IMG/VR virus record: IMGVR_UViG_3300012344_000011
Location: 64,001-128,000 of that record
Length of the DNA: 64,000 bases
DNA from: a virus
Lineage: Duplodnaviria; Caudoviricetes
Direction: 5' to 3' (one strand)
Shown here: in pieces, positions 15,201 through 27,842 of the stretch
Layout of the letters: every line of letters starts with the position of its first letter
How positions within the stretch are numbered: the first letter of the stretch is position 1
Program-made: the position numbers and the translations under genes
Notes under the pieces: generated by a model
Databases searched by the model: none
Seen by the model: the letters and a program-made list of their open reading frames with translations, nothing else
Told to the model about the DNA's origin: nothing

Positions 15201-15573
15201 TATTGTCTGCGTCACTTCAAGTTTCTTTATTTATAATTATATTTCCACCAACTTTAGTATAATTTGATAGAATATTTGCGTTTGTTCGCTCTTCTTCTTG
15301 ATCAAGAGGTGCAATCTCAGCTAAACCGAGGATATATTTTACATTATCAAAATTACCTTGCGGGACTTGCACATAAACAAGATCGCCAATATTATATTTT
15401 TCAGAATTATTACTATAAGCTGCGATTTGTCCGCCATTATAAGAAGCTGTATATTGATTGTCGCTTTGAACAGAAACAATTGATGCTTTGACCGTTTTAT
15501 CACTGTTTGTGCCAGAGCTGTTTTCGCTAATAATTGACATAGCTTTTAATAGTGCTCCTGTATAATCTGCCAT
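9259..15573 (-). CDS. Large tail tip / host-specificity protein (~2,104 aa, 3 TGA=Trp)
   Basis: Four ORF pieces in one frame joined at TGA 15217, 11899 and 11011 (e.g. SING-W-DGVGIDINEDGGYILSPQIGAGKK). Directly follows the tape measure gene. Confidence 0.72.
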
Positions 15574-15660
15574 TAAATCACCCCTTTTATCTCCTATAAT
15601 TTTTTATATTTCTCTATATAATTAAAAAACAAATTATACTAATTACTGTCTTTCGCCCAA

Positions 15661-15692
15661 TAAAAAAGGAGGACTCATAAGAGTCCTCCTAG
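15661..15692 (-). terminator. Rho-independent terminator after tape measure gene
   Basis: AGGAGGACTC-TTAT-GAGTCCTCCT hairpin plus T-run. Confidence 0.75.
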
Positions 15693-15695
15693 ATT

Positions 15696-18600
15696 TTAAT
15701 AGTTGCGGTGTGCTGATTGATAAGCCATATCTGCGATATTAAGTAGAGCGTTTTCAATTTCAATAGAAGAAGTGACATTGGGGAAGTCAGCTTTTATTTC
15801 AACTCTTTGCTCAATAGTATCGCCACCATTTGCTGCAAATAATTTGCTGTAGTCAGTAATATTATTACCTAGAATATTCTGCATTTGCCGCACTTGACTT
15901 ACTATATCTAATAAGTTCTTAGTGTCAGTTGCGTTAAGAACAAGTTCTTTTTGGTGAAGAATTGCTAAACGACCTTCTTTTTCATCAATGCCGCCATTCC
16001 AAGAGCCAGTGTAACCGCCAGAGTCATATCTCTTAAATCTTGTATAATAATCAGTATCGTGCTTTCAATTATTCATTTTTATGAAGTATCTTACCAAGTC
16101 AACAAAACCAGAATAATTACCCCACCATTCTGCGGAAGCAACACCAGCTAACCTATTTTCATAATCAGGATCATCATCATCATTACCATATGACGAATAG
16201 TTGCCCGCATTAACAATTGAACCTGCAATTGCTTCTGCCCATTCATAGTTAGATAATGAAGCAAGATCTTTATCACTAGACCATACTCTACCAGAAGCAT
16301 AATTCTTGATTTCGCCAGGCATTTTATCTAAGCCACTTACAGAATTTAGCGCATCATTCGCAGTTTGAGATAATGTTTTGAACTCATTATTCAAATTATT
16401 GACAATTGTTGAGGCTTTGTTGAACTGCGTCTGTAGCTGTTTAACAATTTCTTGAGCAGCCTTGGCCATCTCACTAGTGATTTCTATGCAAACTTCGTCA
16501 ATGCTTTTCTTAAGAGAAATCAAATCAGCTTCAAATTTTGGTGATTCAAAACTTAGATTGTTTATTTTACTCTGTAAAGAGAAGATGGAAGCTTCAATAG
16601 CTTTGACCTGTTGACTGCTAATATTTGCATTACCACCAAGATCACCATAGATTGTATCTAATGTTTCCTTCATTTTAGTAGAATAATCAGTTAGGCTATT
16701 TTCTAAGGCATTTAACAAATCTCCACTATATTTGTTATATTCATCTAATACACCTGTAGTACTTTGTTTGACCTGTCCCGCAAGATCGGTCATCTTAGTT
16801 GTTACTTCACCAATTTTAGTATTTGTATCATTTGCAAATAGCTGGAATCTTGAATCAATTTCATTGATAGTTTCAGTAGAATCAGTTTGCATTTGTTTAT
16901 AAATACCAGTAAGTGATTCTGCATTTTCATTGGAAATTGTTTCTGTAGACTGAGCAACCTGTTGTAAAATTTCTAAACTATAAGTTTTTATGTTTTCAGA
17001 TTGACCAGCACTATACTCTCCAAGAGAAGCCATAACTTCTTGGATGCGGGCTTTGCGCTCTTCCGCATCAAGATTTGCATCTGTCCATATTTCAATAATT
17101 TTATCTCTTGCATTGGTAATTTCAGAAATTGTATTATTCTCTGAATCAAGGAGAGCTTGCTTAGCGATGTTATATGCATTAATTTGTGCATCTAATAAAT
17201 CTTGTTGCTTTTGAGCTACATCTGATTCATCTGCTGTATAAACATAACTATAGTTGCCACTAGCATCTCTTTGTAATCGCATTTTTGTTTTCGCAGATTG
17301 AGCATCTTGTAAAGCAATTTGTTTCTCTAGAACGCTTAGTTGTGCATTAGCATAATCTATGTCGGCTTGCGTTAACTTATCTTTTTCTCTTAGATAATCT
17401 AATTGATCGTTCATTTGAGCAGAGATTTGTTGCTGAATGCCAGTATTTTTCTGCGCCGCATCATTCAACATCTTTTGATAAGAGAACTGCAACTTTTGAA
17501 TGTTATAAGCTTTATTCATATCATCTAAATGAGCTTCTTCATTGCGTTGCCGCATTTCCCACTGACTCTGCATCCAATCTACATCACCACCAAGAAGAGA
17601 ATTGGCAAATTCATTAGCAGCTTTGTTAGCTTGAATTTCAAGCCTTTCAGATATTTTTTCCAAGAGAGATTGTTCAGTATCCATCTGCTCAGATTGGAGA
17701 TCTGTAATTTTATCTTTTGCATCTTGTAGTGCCTCTTCGTTCTCTTGACTCCAATGAATATTAGCTTGTTTTGTTTCTTCTAATTTATCAACTATAGATT
17801 GCCAATAATTGATTCCAGAAGATAAAGCATCTAGTTGTCCGTTGTATGCGGAAACGGCCAAATCATTAGCTGACAATTGATAATCATAACCTTTTTCACC
17901 GTAGAAAAGAGAAATTTGTTCAGATAGACTATCTATAGAATCAATCAATCTATCATAAGAATCAAAGCGTCTTGAAATAATATCTTCCGCAGTATCTATT
18001 GCATCAGAAATTACTTCGTTTAAACTCTCAAAACTGTTTATAATAGATTCTGATACAGTCTGAACTCTATCCATTGCATCTTTAAGATTATCATATGCGG
18101 CTTGCGCGGTAACCTCAGAATATTCATCTGTACCTTGCTTGGCAATTGCTTCTTGCATTTGTTTTTGCGCTTCTTCAAGTTGCTGCAAAGCTATTAGCTG
18201 TGGAGAACTATAAGAAGCAGATTTATACTCTGCATTATCTTTTTCTTGCGCAGCAACAGAACCAATCGCTCGCATAACCGCATCTACGAAATCATTATAC
18301 CCAGCAAAATCTCGTAGAACGTATTCTTTGTCTCTATCAGGGTTTGCAGTTAAGATACTTTTTACAGCTGCGTCATAAAGAGCTTGCGCTTCATCTTTTT
18401 TACCTTCTTTTAATAAGTCAACCATTGTGTGGAAGTTACCTTTATCAAAGACAGGACCTATGTCTCCGCCGCCAATAGTGCTCCAATCTACATTTGGATC
18501 TTCTCTTGGACCTAATTGATTATAGATTTGATTTGCACCAGATTGCTCAAGAGCACTATCGAGTAATTTATCACGAGAAACTTGTTTATCAAGGCCAAGC

Positions 18601-21600
18601 ATTTTCTTTACATCATCTTCTGTAATGTTAGAGAATGTTTTTGTCTTACCGTTTCAATCTGTCATTTTTGCAGTAACACCAATAAGGTCTTTTATTGTGC
18701 CAGAAGCAGATTCTATTGCTGGTGTAAATCTTGTTGAGAGATTAGCTCCATTGTTTAAGAATTCAAATACTTTTTGATTAAACTCTCTAGAGTCTTTTAT
18801 GGCATTGATCCATTCGTTTAGCATATCAGACAATGTATCAAATATTTTGTCATTTGTATCTTGAATATTGTCTACACCTTCACGAATTTCTTTCTCATAA
18901 CCTTCTTGTTTATCAAGAAGATCTTGATAATTTTCCCAAGCTTCTTTGGCTTTATCCATATTATCTTTTGCATCAGACAAAGCATCATCAAATTCAGTTG
19001 TATCTTCATCATCTTTATGCTCGTTATAGGTGTCAACAGCGTCATTATAAGCCGCAACAAAAGCATCATAAATATCTTTTGCATTAATTATATTACCATC
19101 AATATCATATTGAAGTTCAATACCAACCATATCTGCATAGCCACGAATAGTTTTATTACCATACTCGTCTTCAGCTTGATTCTTTTGGATCTCTATTTGT
19201 TCTTTGGCGAGGTCAACTTCTTGTTGCTTTAACTTTAAATACTCTTCATAACTTTTCTTTAGTTTTTCAAGATTTTTTACTTTCTTTGAACCATATAATT
19301 CATCATCATATTCAGAAAGTACGTCTTGTTTTGCGGTGAGACGAGAAATTTTATTTTCTATCGGCTTAAATGGATCTCATTTACCTTTTTCAGCCTTTTT
19401 AGGTTTAGCAGCTTTTTTAGAACCGCCACCTCCGCCGCCGCCGCCACCTCCGCCGCCACCTTTATTAGATGAACCAACAGAACCGTTACCTGTGAATTTT
19501 ATGCCGCCAGTGCCTTCACCAGTTTTAATCGCAGCTACTTTTATTGTTTCGTCAGGTACGGGTTCTTGTCTTGAGGTTACTTCTTCTTCAATATCATATG
19601 TGTCTGGATCAGATCCCGTCTTTTTAACTGTTTGATGCTTGTACGTAACTGTTTTGGTCTGTGGGAGGTGTGTATCTACTTCTTCAACCTCTGCTTCCAT
19701 ACCAACAGATGCAAGGAGGGCATTCATTTGATCAACACTCATACCTGTTGCTAAAGCTAGTTGATTTAATGAGTTTACCCAATTATTATACGCTTCTTGT
19801 GATTCAAATGCGCTTGAAACATCGTCTCCCGCTTGCAAACCAGCGGCAGCTATTTGATTAAATCCATCTATAACAGTTTGTTTATTTGAATCAAAATTTT
19901 GTAATGCAGTGTTCATTTCTGATAGACCTGGGTCTAATTGAATATCATCGTTTACTTTAAGACTTTCTTTAACGGAAGCAGCTATAGTTGAAGATTTTTC
20001 TAAATTTCCAACGACATCTTTTCCAACAGCAAATCCAAGTTGATTGATAGCTTCTTCAGACCCATCTGCGGCTTCTTGCAATAATTCCATATTTTTAGCA
20101 GAATCAAAGAATTCTTTTGATAAATCTAAATCTTCAGATGTACCAACCAACTTAGCAATAGTTTTTTCTAATTGTTTCGTTACTTTAACATAATCTAAAT
20201 CATATTTATTACTTTTTTTGAGAATATCGCTTCATTCTTCTCAGTTTTTAGATAATTCTTCAACGCCTTGATTCATACGCTGGTTTTGAATCGCCAGGTT
20301 CCTCGCAGAAGTTGCATCTAAATCATAGGCTTCTGCTAGAGCTTCGGCTTGCTCTACTACTTCATCATAGTTTAATTCATATTTTTCTGATTCAGATTTT
20401 GTAATTGTTTCGAGCTGCTTATTATATTCTTGTTCAGTTGCTGCTTTTTGTTCTTCTGTTTCATCACCAGCGTCTGCTTCACGCTTTGCTGCTTTTAATT
20501 CATTGAAAGAATTGGCTTCAGAAATTTTATCTGTTGCATCAGCAAATCCTCTGACATTTTCTGTTCCATTTTGTAAGGCAGCTATAAATTCATCTATTGT
20601 AGGATAAGTTTCAATCATTTTTGCTTGGAACCCATCAATATTGTTCACATAAGCTTGAAGCGCTGCCATTTTATCGTCAGCAGTTCCAGTCTCAGTATCT
20701 TTAAAACTTGAAATTTTAGAACTTAAGTCTTCAGCATATGGCTTTGATAAATCAACCATTTTAGAAGCAATAAGTTTATCCTTCATATAATCTGAAGAAT
20801 AACCATCTTCTACAAGAGTTCTTTTACCATCTTCACCAATTTCATAGAATTCACCGTCAACGTATTCAATAGCATCGTCTAATTCTGCAAATTTTTCTTT
20901 TAAAACTTCATCTGAATAAGCATCAACTTCTTTCTCTGCTTCTTTGCGATACTCTCCTCCTTCTACCATCTTCTTAGCAACTGCACTTTGCACAATTTCT
21001 TGCCCAGTCGTACCAATGTTAGTATAATTTTTATCATTACTCATCATTGAACCAACTTGAGCTTTTTGAATATTTTTTATTTGATTGTCTGTAGAAATGT
21101 AGTTTGCCCCAATTTTTTGTAGATCGGAAAGGTCTTGACTAGAAAGCTCAGAATACATTTTGTTAAGTTTTTCTTTTGATATATCATAAGTTTTAGAACT
21201 ATTCGCTTCTTTAAAAGCTTCAAGAGCTTCCTCGGTAGAAGTAAAACCTGTTTTTGACTCAGCAATAAATTTAGAAAAATCTTTAGTTATTTCATCTGCC
21301 GCTCTTTTATCTGATTGCTTTGAATTTGATTCTCCATATCCGTGATTTACTGAGTCGTATAATGAATTAGAAATTTCATCGCCTTGCACTTTTGCTTTGC
21401 TCTCTAAGACTTTTATTTGTTCAAAAGCTACAGCGGCCTGAGCTTTCTGAAAATTATCGTTTGCTTTATTTGAAGCATATTTTTGAGCAGCAGTTGTGAT
21501 TGATAACTCACCATTTTCGCCTGTTTCAAAAATTTCACCATCAAAATCTTCTAACAAATTTTTATAGTTATTATAAAAATCTCATGCATTCTTATTAGCT

Positions 21601-24600
21601 TTCTGAATCGCTTCAGAAAATTCTTCAGTACCTTTCGTTAACCCCTTAAAGGTGTCTTTACTATTTTTTAATGTATCAATTGAAGATTTCAAGTTTTCTA
21701 CTTGAGTTTTGGCGTCGTCAAGAGTAGCTGAATAGTCAGAAAGATTACTTTTTGCTTTATCTAAGGCATCTGAATTTTTATTCAAAGCAGCATTTGTAGA
21801 TTCTATATTTTTAGCAATCGCAACGACTACGCCCGCAACAAGTGCAATAGCAGCAGCAGCAATGGCTATTTCTGGTAAAATGCCAAGTAGCACTGCTCCA
21901 AAATTAGAAAAAGCTGCTGTTAAAACACTTATCGTTGTTCCAGCCGCACTACCGCCTGCTGCAATATTTCTCAAAGCAGTCCCTGTTGTAGTAACTGCTG
22001 CTGATACTCCGCCATTTGCTTTACTAACAGCTTGGACGCTCTTTACATAAAGTCAATTTGCTACAGTTGCAGCTCCAGTGATAGCGACATCAGCCGCTTT
22101 TGCATCTCGTAAAGCTTTAAAAGCATCAATAACAATGGGAAAGATCATAGATATAGCCATTAACGTTGGAAGAATTGCATCCCCAATATTTCCTTCTTGG
22201 ATAGAAGAAATTGCTTCACCTATTGTGTCAAAAGCAAAAGCTAAAGAAATTGCATGTCCAACAGCTCTTGACAAAGAGTTTATCATAGACTCAAGCTTCA
22301 TTCTTTCAACTTCAGCAGCAGACCTTGCTGTTGCTTGTTCTATTTCTTGCCAAGCTATACCAGCTTTTTCAGCAGCCTGCATGAACGCTGTTGTTAAAGC
22401 TTCGCTATTAGAAATTTCAGATTTTATCTTTGACATTATCTGTAAGTCTTCTGCATCTAATTGTTGCTTTTGTTTTATTTTTTGAACAATTGTCGCGAAG
22501 CCACCTGAGATTTTTTCTAATTGTGCATTTTGCATTTTTAGATTGTTTGCATTTTTTGACGAATTATAAGCTTCTTTAACAGCTTTAGCAATTTTCTTTC
22601 TTGCAGCCAACTCTTCTTCCGCAAATGCAAGAGCAGTTTTATTTCTATTAAGCTCATCTTTATTTTGAATTGACGCAATTTTATTTTCATGAATTTGAGT
22701 TGCTTTTGCTTGTAATGCCGCATCAATTTTATCTGTATTCTGTCCTTTCGATCTAGCATCTTTCCTTTGCTGCTTAAGAACATTGGCTTCTTCGACAAGA
22801 AGCTGTCCTTCATTGATTAGAGTATCACGCTTATCTGTTAAAACCTTTCTATTATCTTTTAAATCTTTAACCTTTTTTTCTTTTCTGCTAACACTAGAAG
22901 CTTCTGCTCCAACAGTTTGTGCAACGATTTTCCCGCCACGCTCTTTTTCTGCGGCTTTTACTCTTTGTTCTTCAATCTTAATAGCTTCTTTATTTTCTTT
23001 GATTTGATTTTGAATTGCATCTGTTATATCGCCCTCTGCCACTTCAAGTTGACGAACACTTTCATATCTTTTTTGCTCTAATTGATATAGTTCATTTGCC
23101 ATTTCTCTTGCACGGGTTTGAGATTTCTCTGAAAGATTTGAATATACAGGAGCAACTCCAGACATAAACCTAGATGTTAAGCTGTTATTTATTTCGTCTA
23201 TATTCTTAAAGCCAAGCATATCTGTAACAGCATTTAATCTTTTGGCGCTACTTGAATATGTTATAATACTAGAAATTGAATTTGCAATAGAAGAAATTTG
23301 AGAACTAATTTGTGAACTAAAAACTCTAAAGAAACTTGCTCCAAGAATCTTTATGACACCATCTAATCCACCAGCTGCTTCAATCAATGCATTCAAACCA
23401 TTCACAAGTTTTGTAACATCCTCAAGAACTGGTTCAACAGCATCTTGATTAAAAAGAGTCGTCATTACTTGTTCACCAGCAGCTTGCAAAGTTTTCATAC
23501 GACCTTCAATACCAGATGCAAACTCTTCTTGCATAGCATCCATCATACCATCTGCACCCTGTGTAGCTTCTAAAGCTTTATCATAATACTCTTGATTATT
23601 CATCAAAGCGGCAAAACGATTATATTGGAATTTACCAGCAACTTTTTCACCTACAGCAACCTTTTGAGTTTCACTTAAACCTTTCCAAGTATCTTGCAAG
23701 TCATGAAGAATCGCATCAAAACCACGGAATTCACCCTGTGCATCTCTTACTTGAACTCCAATAGAACTCAATGCTTGAGCATATTCACCCTCAGCAATAC
23801 CATCATCTGTTTTTCCGCTAGTCTTAATGTCTGCGAAACGTTGCATAATGGTTTTCATACCATTACCAATCTCTTCGGCACTCTGACGAGTAACAGATTG
23901 AATAGTGGCAACAGATGCAAGGAACGTATCTTCAGTCGCTCCAACAGCAGAGGCAACAGATGCAGAACGCTGAGCTGCGGTCATTAGCTCACTGACATTA
24001 GAAGCAGTACTATTTGCTACATTTGCTAACTTATCTAGAGATTGGCTCATTTCATCAATTGAGAGTCCAAAAGCATTACGATATGCAGTAATTTGGTCTG
24101 AAGTTGTAGCACTATCTTGCTCAGAAACATTCGCTAATTTAATTGCTAAATCAGCCTGTAATTTTGAGTCAGAAAGAGAGAAGCCTTCTTGCGTGAAAAC
24201 TTTAATTGCATTTGTATAATCAACAGTCGTCGTCGCAAGTCCTTGAGCAGCTTTGTTCGCGTACTGGGCTAATTCTCGCATATTTTTCGCAGATGCTTGT
24301 GAAACCATCTGGATTTGCGTTAAGGATTCATCTAGTTTTTCCATATATCGAACTGCACCAGAAATACTACTAACTACTTCCTGAAAGATTCCAGCAGTAA
24401 TGCCCCAACGAACAGTGTTTGAAAAAGTTGTAAAGACTTTTGACATAGTGGAATTTACAGTAACAGCATTTTTATTAATTGACATTAAGCTATTTGCTAG
24501 TGCAGCATTTGCTCTTTGTCCTTGTTCACCCATTTTTGATCATCTTGCTGCAATACCCTGTAAATTAGTGTCAGTCATTTTTAATGATGTATTCAACTTA

Positions 24601-24836
24601 GTCAAGTCTAAAGAATTTATTTTTGGGTTAAAAGCTTTCTTTAAAGCTACTTCAAGTTGATTGATTTCTTTAATTGACTGTTTTATTTCAGCTGGTTGCA
24701 AGCCAGTTATTTTAGTAGCATTATTTGCGGTTAGAGTCGTTTTTAATTTAGTTAACTCATTTCGTAGTTGAGTAACACCACTTGCATCTAGAGTCGTTTT
24801 AATATTGTATACGATCTCATTAGAATATTTGGAAAT
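15696..24836 (-). CDS. Tail tape measure protein (~3,046 aa, 8 TGA=Trp, probable ATT start)
   Basis: TP901-type TMP core (LDESLTQIQMVS...IGNGMKTIMQR...VAGKFQYNRFAALM), long Ala/Glu/Lys coiled-coils and C-terminal GGYTGSW..GRLAILHQKELVLN. All seven ORF pieces share one frame, split only by TGA (24540, 22053, 21582, 20241, 20232, 19377, 18654, 16065). Confidence 0.88.
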
Positions 24837-24853
24837 AAGTCATCACCACCGAT

Positions 24854-25651
24854 CTAACAGAATTGCCAGTGATATCCACCAGCAGTTTTTTGTTCATTAA
24901 TACAACACTTAGAAACTCCTGCGCTTGATTTTAAGCCAATTGCTTTTGCAGCTTTGCACGCAGAAGAATAAACCATATTTGTTTCTATACATTTAACAGG
25001 CTTTGCTCAAGCACTATTTTGACTTAATTTTTCCTTATGCTCTTCAGAGAATTTTTTCCCATACATGGGATTATTTTCGCCACAATATTTTCCCATTTTA
25101 CTTTCAGACAACTTCTGTCTATGTTCTTGAGATAATTTCTTCCCCTTTAAAGATTTGCCAAGTTTACGTATTTGTTCTCTCTGATTTTCTCTTAAACCAG
25201 AATCTCACTGCATTTTTGTGGTAGAACCACTTGGAAGAATCTCTATATTATTAGATTCACATGCTTTCTGAACGGTAATTGGAGCACAACGAAATTTTTC
25301 ACAAACTGCTCTTTCAGATCCTAGCTCAATATAAGCTTGTGCCAGTTCCTGATACCTATATTTTAACCTTCCTTCTCCGCCGAGGGTCATATTATAGCCA
25401 TTGTTACAACTATCTAAAAGAGAAATTCAATAGCGTTCTTTCTTATTTAGCTCAGAATCATCGCAATGCTCTAATTCTTGAATTTCAAAATTTTCTTCGC
25501 CATATTTTCTCATGGCCTTGTAGAGATAGTATGGAACTCCATTTTTGGCGTTTCTTTTGTGCTCTTTAAATCTATGTTCTATAGTTCCCGCAGTTTGGCC
25601 AATATAAATTTTTCCTGTAAGAACATTTGTTATTTTATAGATACAGCCCAA
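24854..25651 (-). CDS. Free-standing GIY-YIG homing endonuclease with NUMOD3/NUMOD1-type C-terminus (3 TGA=Trp)
   Basis: CIYKITN..KIYIGQT, ERY-W-I, GYNMTLGG, NPMYGKK.SEEHKEKLS and AGGYHWQF. The frame is open through TGA at 25427, 25205 and 25007 to a TAG at 24854. Confidence 0.85.
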
Positions 25652-25699
25652 AATATCACCATCCTCTCCTTGTTATCCTTTAATATGCATATTACAAGA

Positions 25700-25742
25700 T
25701 AAAAAAAATACCTCTATGACTTTTTAAAATCATAGAGGTAAA
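25700..25742 (-). terminator. Terminator hairpin overlapping a putative late promoter
   Basis: TACCTCTATGA...TCATAGAGGTA hairpin plus T-run. Confidence 0.65.
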
Positions 25743-25764
25743 ATTATTATAAAATGTCCAAATG

Positions 25765-26244
25765 TTAGCCCGCATTATTCATGCCATATTTATCAGCTAC
25801 ATCCAATGCAGCTTGAATATCAACATCATTTTTTAGCATTTCTAATGATTGACCCATATTATCAGCAATGCTACTTGTAAACACTTGAAGAACGTCAACA
25901 ATGCCACGTGCGGAATTACGATAAGTCATAAAATCTTCCAACCAAATACGTCCTTCTTCTGCTAGCGCATTTAGTTCATCACCATAGTCTTTAATCATAG
26001 TATCTACAACATCATCTTCAAGCATTCTATCCCAAGCAACCATTGGTGAACCAGTGACTAGATCTTCGTCAATTTGCTCCCACATTTCAGGATATAATGC
26101 ACGTGCCGCAAATACATATAAGGATCTCACAAAGATAAATTGATTAACAAAGCCATCGTCTTCAGCCGCATCCATTGCATGACTAATAATATCATAACGC
26201 TCTTGGCTAGAGAGTTTATAAGCCTTTTCTTTATTAATATTCAT
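25765..26244 (-). CDS. Hypothetical protein, possible tail assembly chaperone
   Basis: AAGGAG SD before MNINKEK; acidic helical protein immediately upstream of the TMP locus. Confidence 0.55.
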   Translation of the reverse strand: MNINKEKAYKLSSQERYDIISHAMDAAEDDGFVNQFIFVRSLYVFAARALYPEMWEQIDEDLVTGSPMVAWDRMLEDDVVDTMIKDYGDELNALAEEGRIWLEDFMTYRNSARGIVDVLQVFTSSIADNMGQSLEMLKNDVDIQAALDVADKYGMNNAG

Positions 26245-26278
26245 TTTAACTCCTTTATAATCGTTCCGGAACAATTAT

Positions 26279-26307
26279 ATTATATATAAAAAACATTTGG
26301 CTGTCAA
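26279..26307 (-). promoter_or_regulatory. Sigma70-type promoter
   Basis: TTGACA-N17-TATAAT. Confidence 0.65.
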
Positions 26308-26315
26308 GAAAAATT

Positions 26316-27770
26316 TTAGACATTGTTAAACAAAGAAGCTAATTTTAAATTTATTTTAACTTCTGAAGCATAAACTTTTTCAATAGCAGGAATCGTTTTC
26401 GCAAGTCGATCTTCTATTACAATATCTTTTTTTCTAAGGTTGCTATTTCCAACAGAAAGCTTGACCTGCTCTCTTAAAGAATAAAAATCAGTCTTAATTC
26501 CATTGATTGACATATAGGTTTTAAAATCATTCGTCATTTTTTTCAACAAATCATACAAAGAATAAATTTTATTATTGACTATAATAAGAGCTGCAAAATC
26601 AAGTTCTGCACCGCTACCAGATAATGCGCGTAATGCAGCACTATATTTTCCATATTCAACCATTGTTCTTCAAGACTCTAAAGCTTTCCTATAAATAGAA
26701 GAGGCATTTCCTGTATCTCTTGCACCCCAAACTGCTTCCCAATGTCTCTTGGAAGAATCTGATTTTTTTCCTGCTAAAGAGAATGCATCAGCAATATATC
26801 TACCAATATTATATCTTGAATGTAAATTATTAATATATCCTTTACCAGACAAAACTTCTTCTCGTTGAGCTAATTTTATAGATGCACCAAATCTATAACT
26901 AATTTCATTTTGGGTCCAAGTAAGTTCAATGTCTTCTTTTGCATCGTGACCATATAATTCTTTACCTTTTTGTCCTGTTTGTTGTGCGCTTACTATACCA
27001 CCACTTGCGGAAAAAGCAGCGTCAATTGCTTTTTTTCCTTCTGTGTCAAATTTATCTCTTGCTAGATTGATAGCGTGAGCCGCAACTGGTTCATACATTA
27101 CACCCATAATAGCACTAAAACATCCTTGCACACTTTTTATTATACTATCAATTTCATCTTGTGAAGAGGGTTTCTCTCCTTTAGATATATTATCTAACTT
27201 ATTAATATTTTCTCTAAGTCTAGACACACTTTTTTTAACATTAACATCACTTATCTCAGATTCTAATCCAGAAATATAATAAGTATCTTTTTTAGTTTTT
27301 AGTATTTTTGAAATATTTGATGGAACGCCAGTATATGCTTCTTTTAATGCGGCTATAGTAATATCTTTACTAAATTTACCTAAAACATCAATTGAAGATT
27401 GTAAATTTTCTCTAATGGTTCTATTTATTTTTGCAGCTTGTTCAGGGATTTTTACTTCAATTTCTCCATCAGTCCTAAACCTAGAATTACCAAGACCTGC
27501 GCCAGTGTATAAACCAGTACTTTTATTGCCACCATCTTTAAAATTCAAATTATTAATTTGTTCTATAATACTAGAACCAACTTGACCATTGGTAGAAAAT
27601 GCTTCTAACAAACTTATTATTTTTTCATCCTTAATTCCAGTATTCTTATTATAAGCTCTAAACCTATTCAAAAATTCTTCTAGTATCTTTGTTTTAGCAG
27701 AATTTATGTCAAATATATAGGCATTTGGTCCATCATAATTTTTTAAACTCCAGTGTATATAAGTAGTCAC
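26316..27770 (-). CDS. Hypothetical protein (1 TGA=Trp)
   Basis: GTG start with GGAGGT SD; ORFs 26670-27770 and 26316-26663 are in frame via ALES-W-RTMVEYG. Confidence 0.65.
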
Positions 27771-27792
27771 GTTACCTCCTTTCCCCGCATAT

Positions 27793-27827
27793 AAAAAAAA
27801 GAGGAACTCACAAGAGTTCCTCTCCTT
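27793..27827 (-). terminator. Terminator after tail tube gene
   Basis: AGAGGAACTC-TTGT-GAGTTCCTCT hairpin plus T-run. Confidence 0.75.
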
Positions 27828-27842
27828 TCTTGGATAAAATTA

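Noticed and set aside
19424-19460. GC-rich CCGCCGCCA repeat
   Set aside because: It simply encodes a poly-Gly linker in the tape measure protein.
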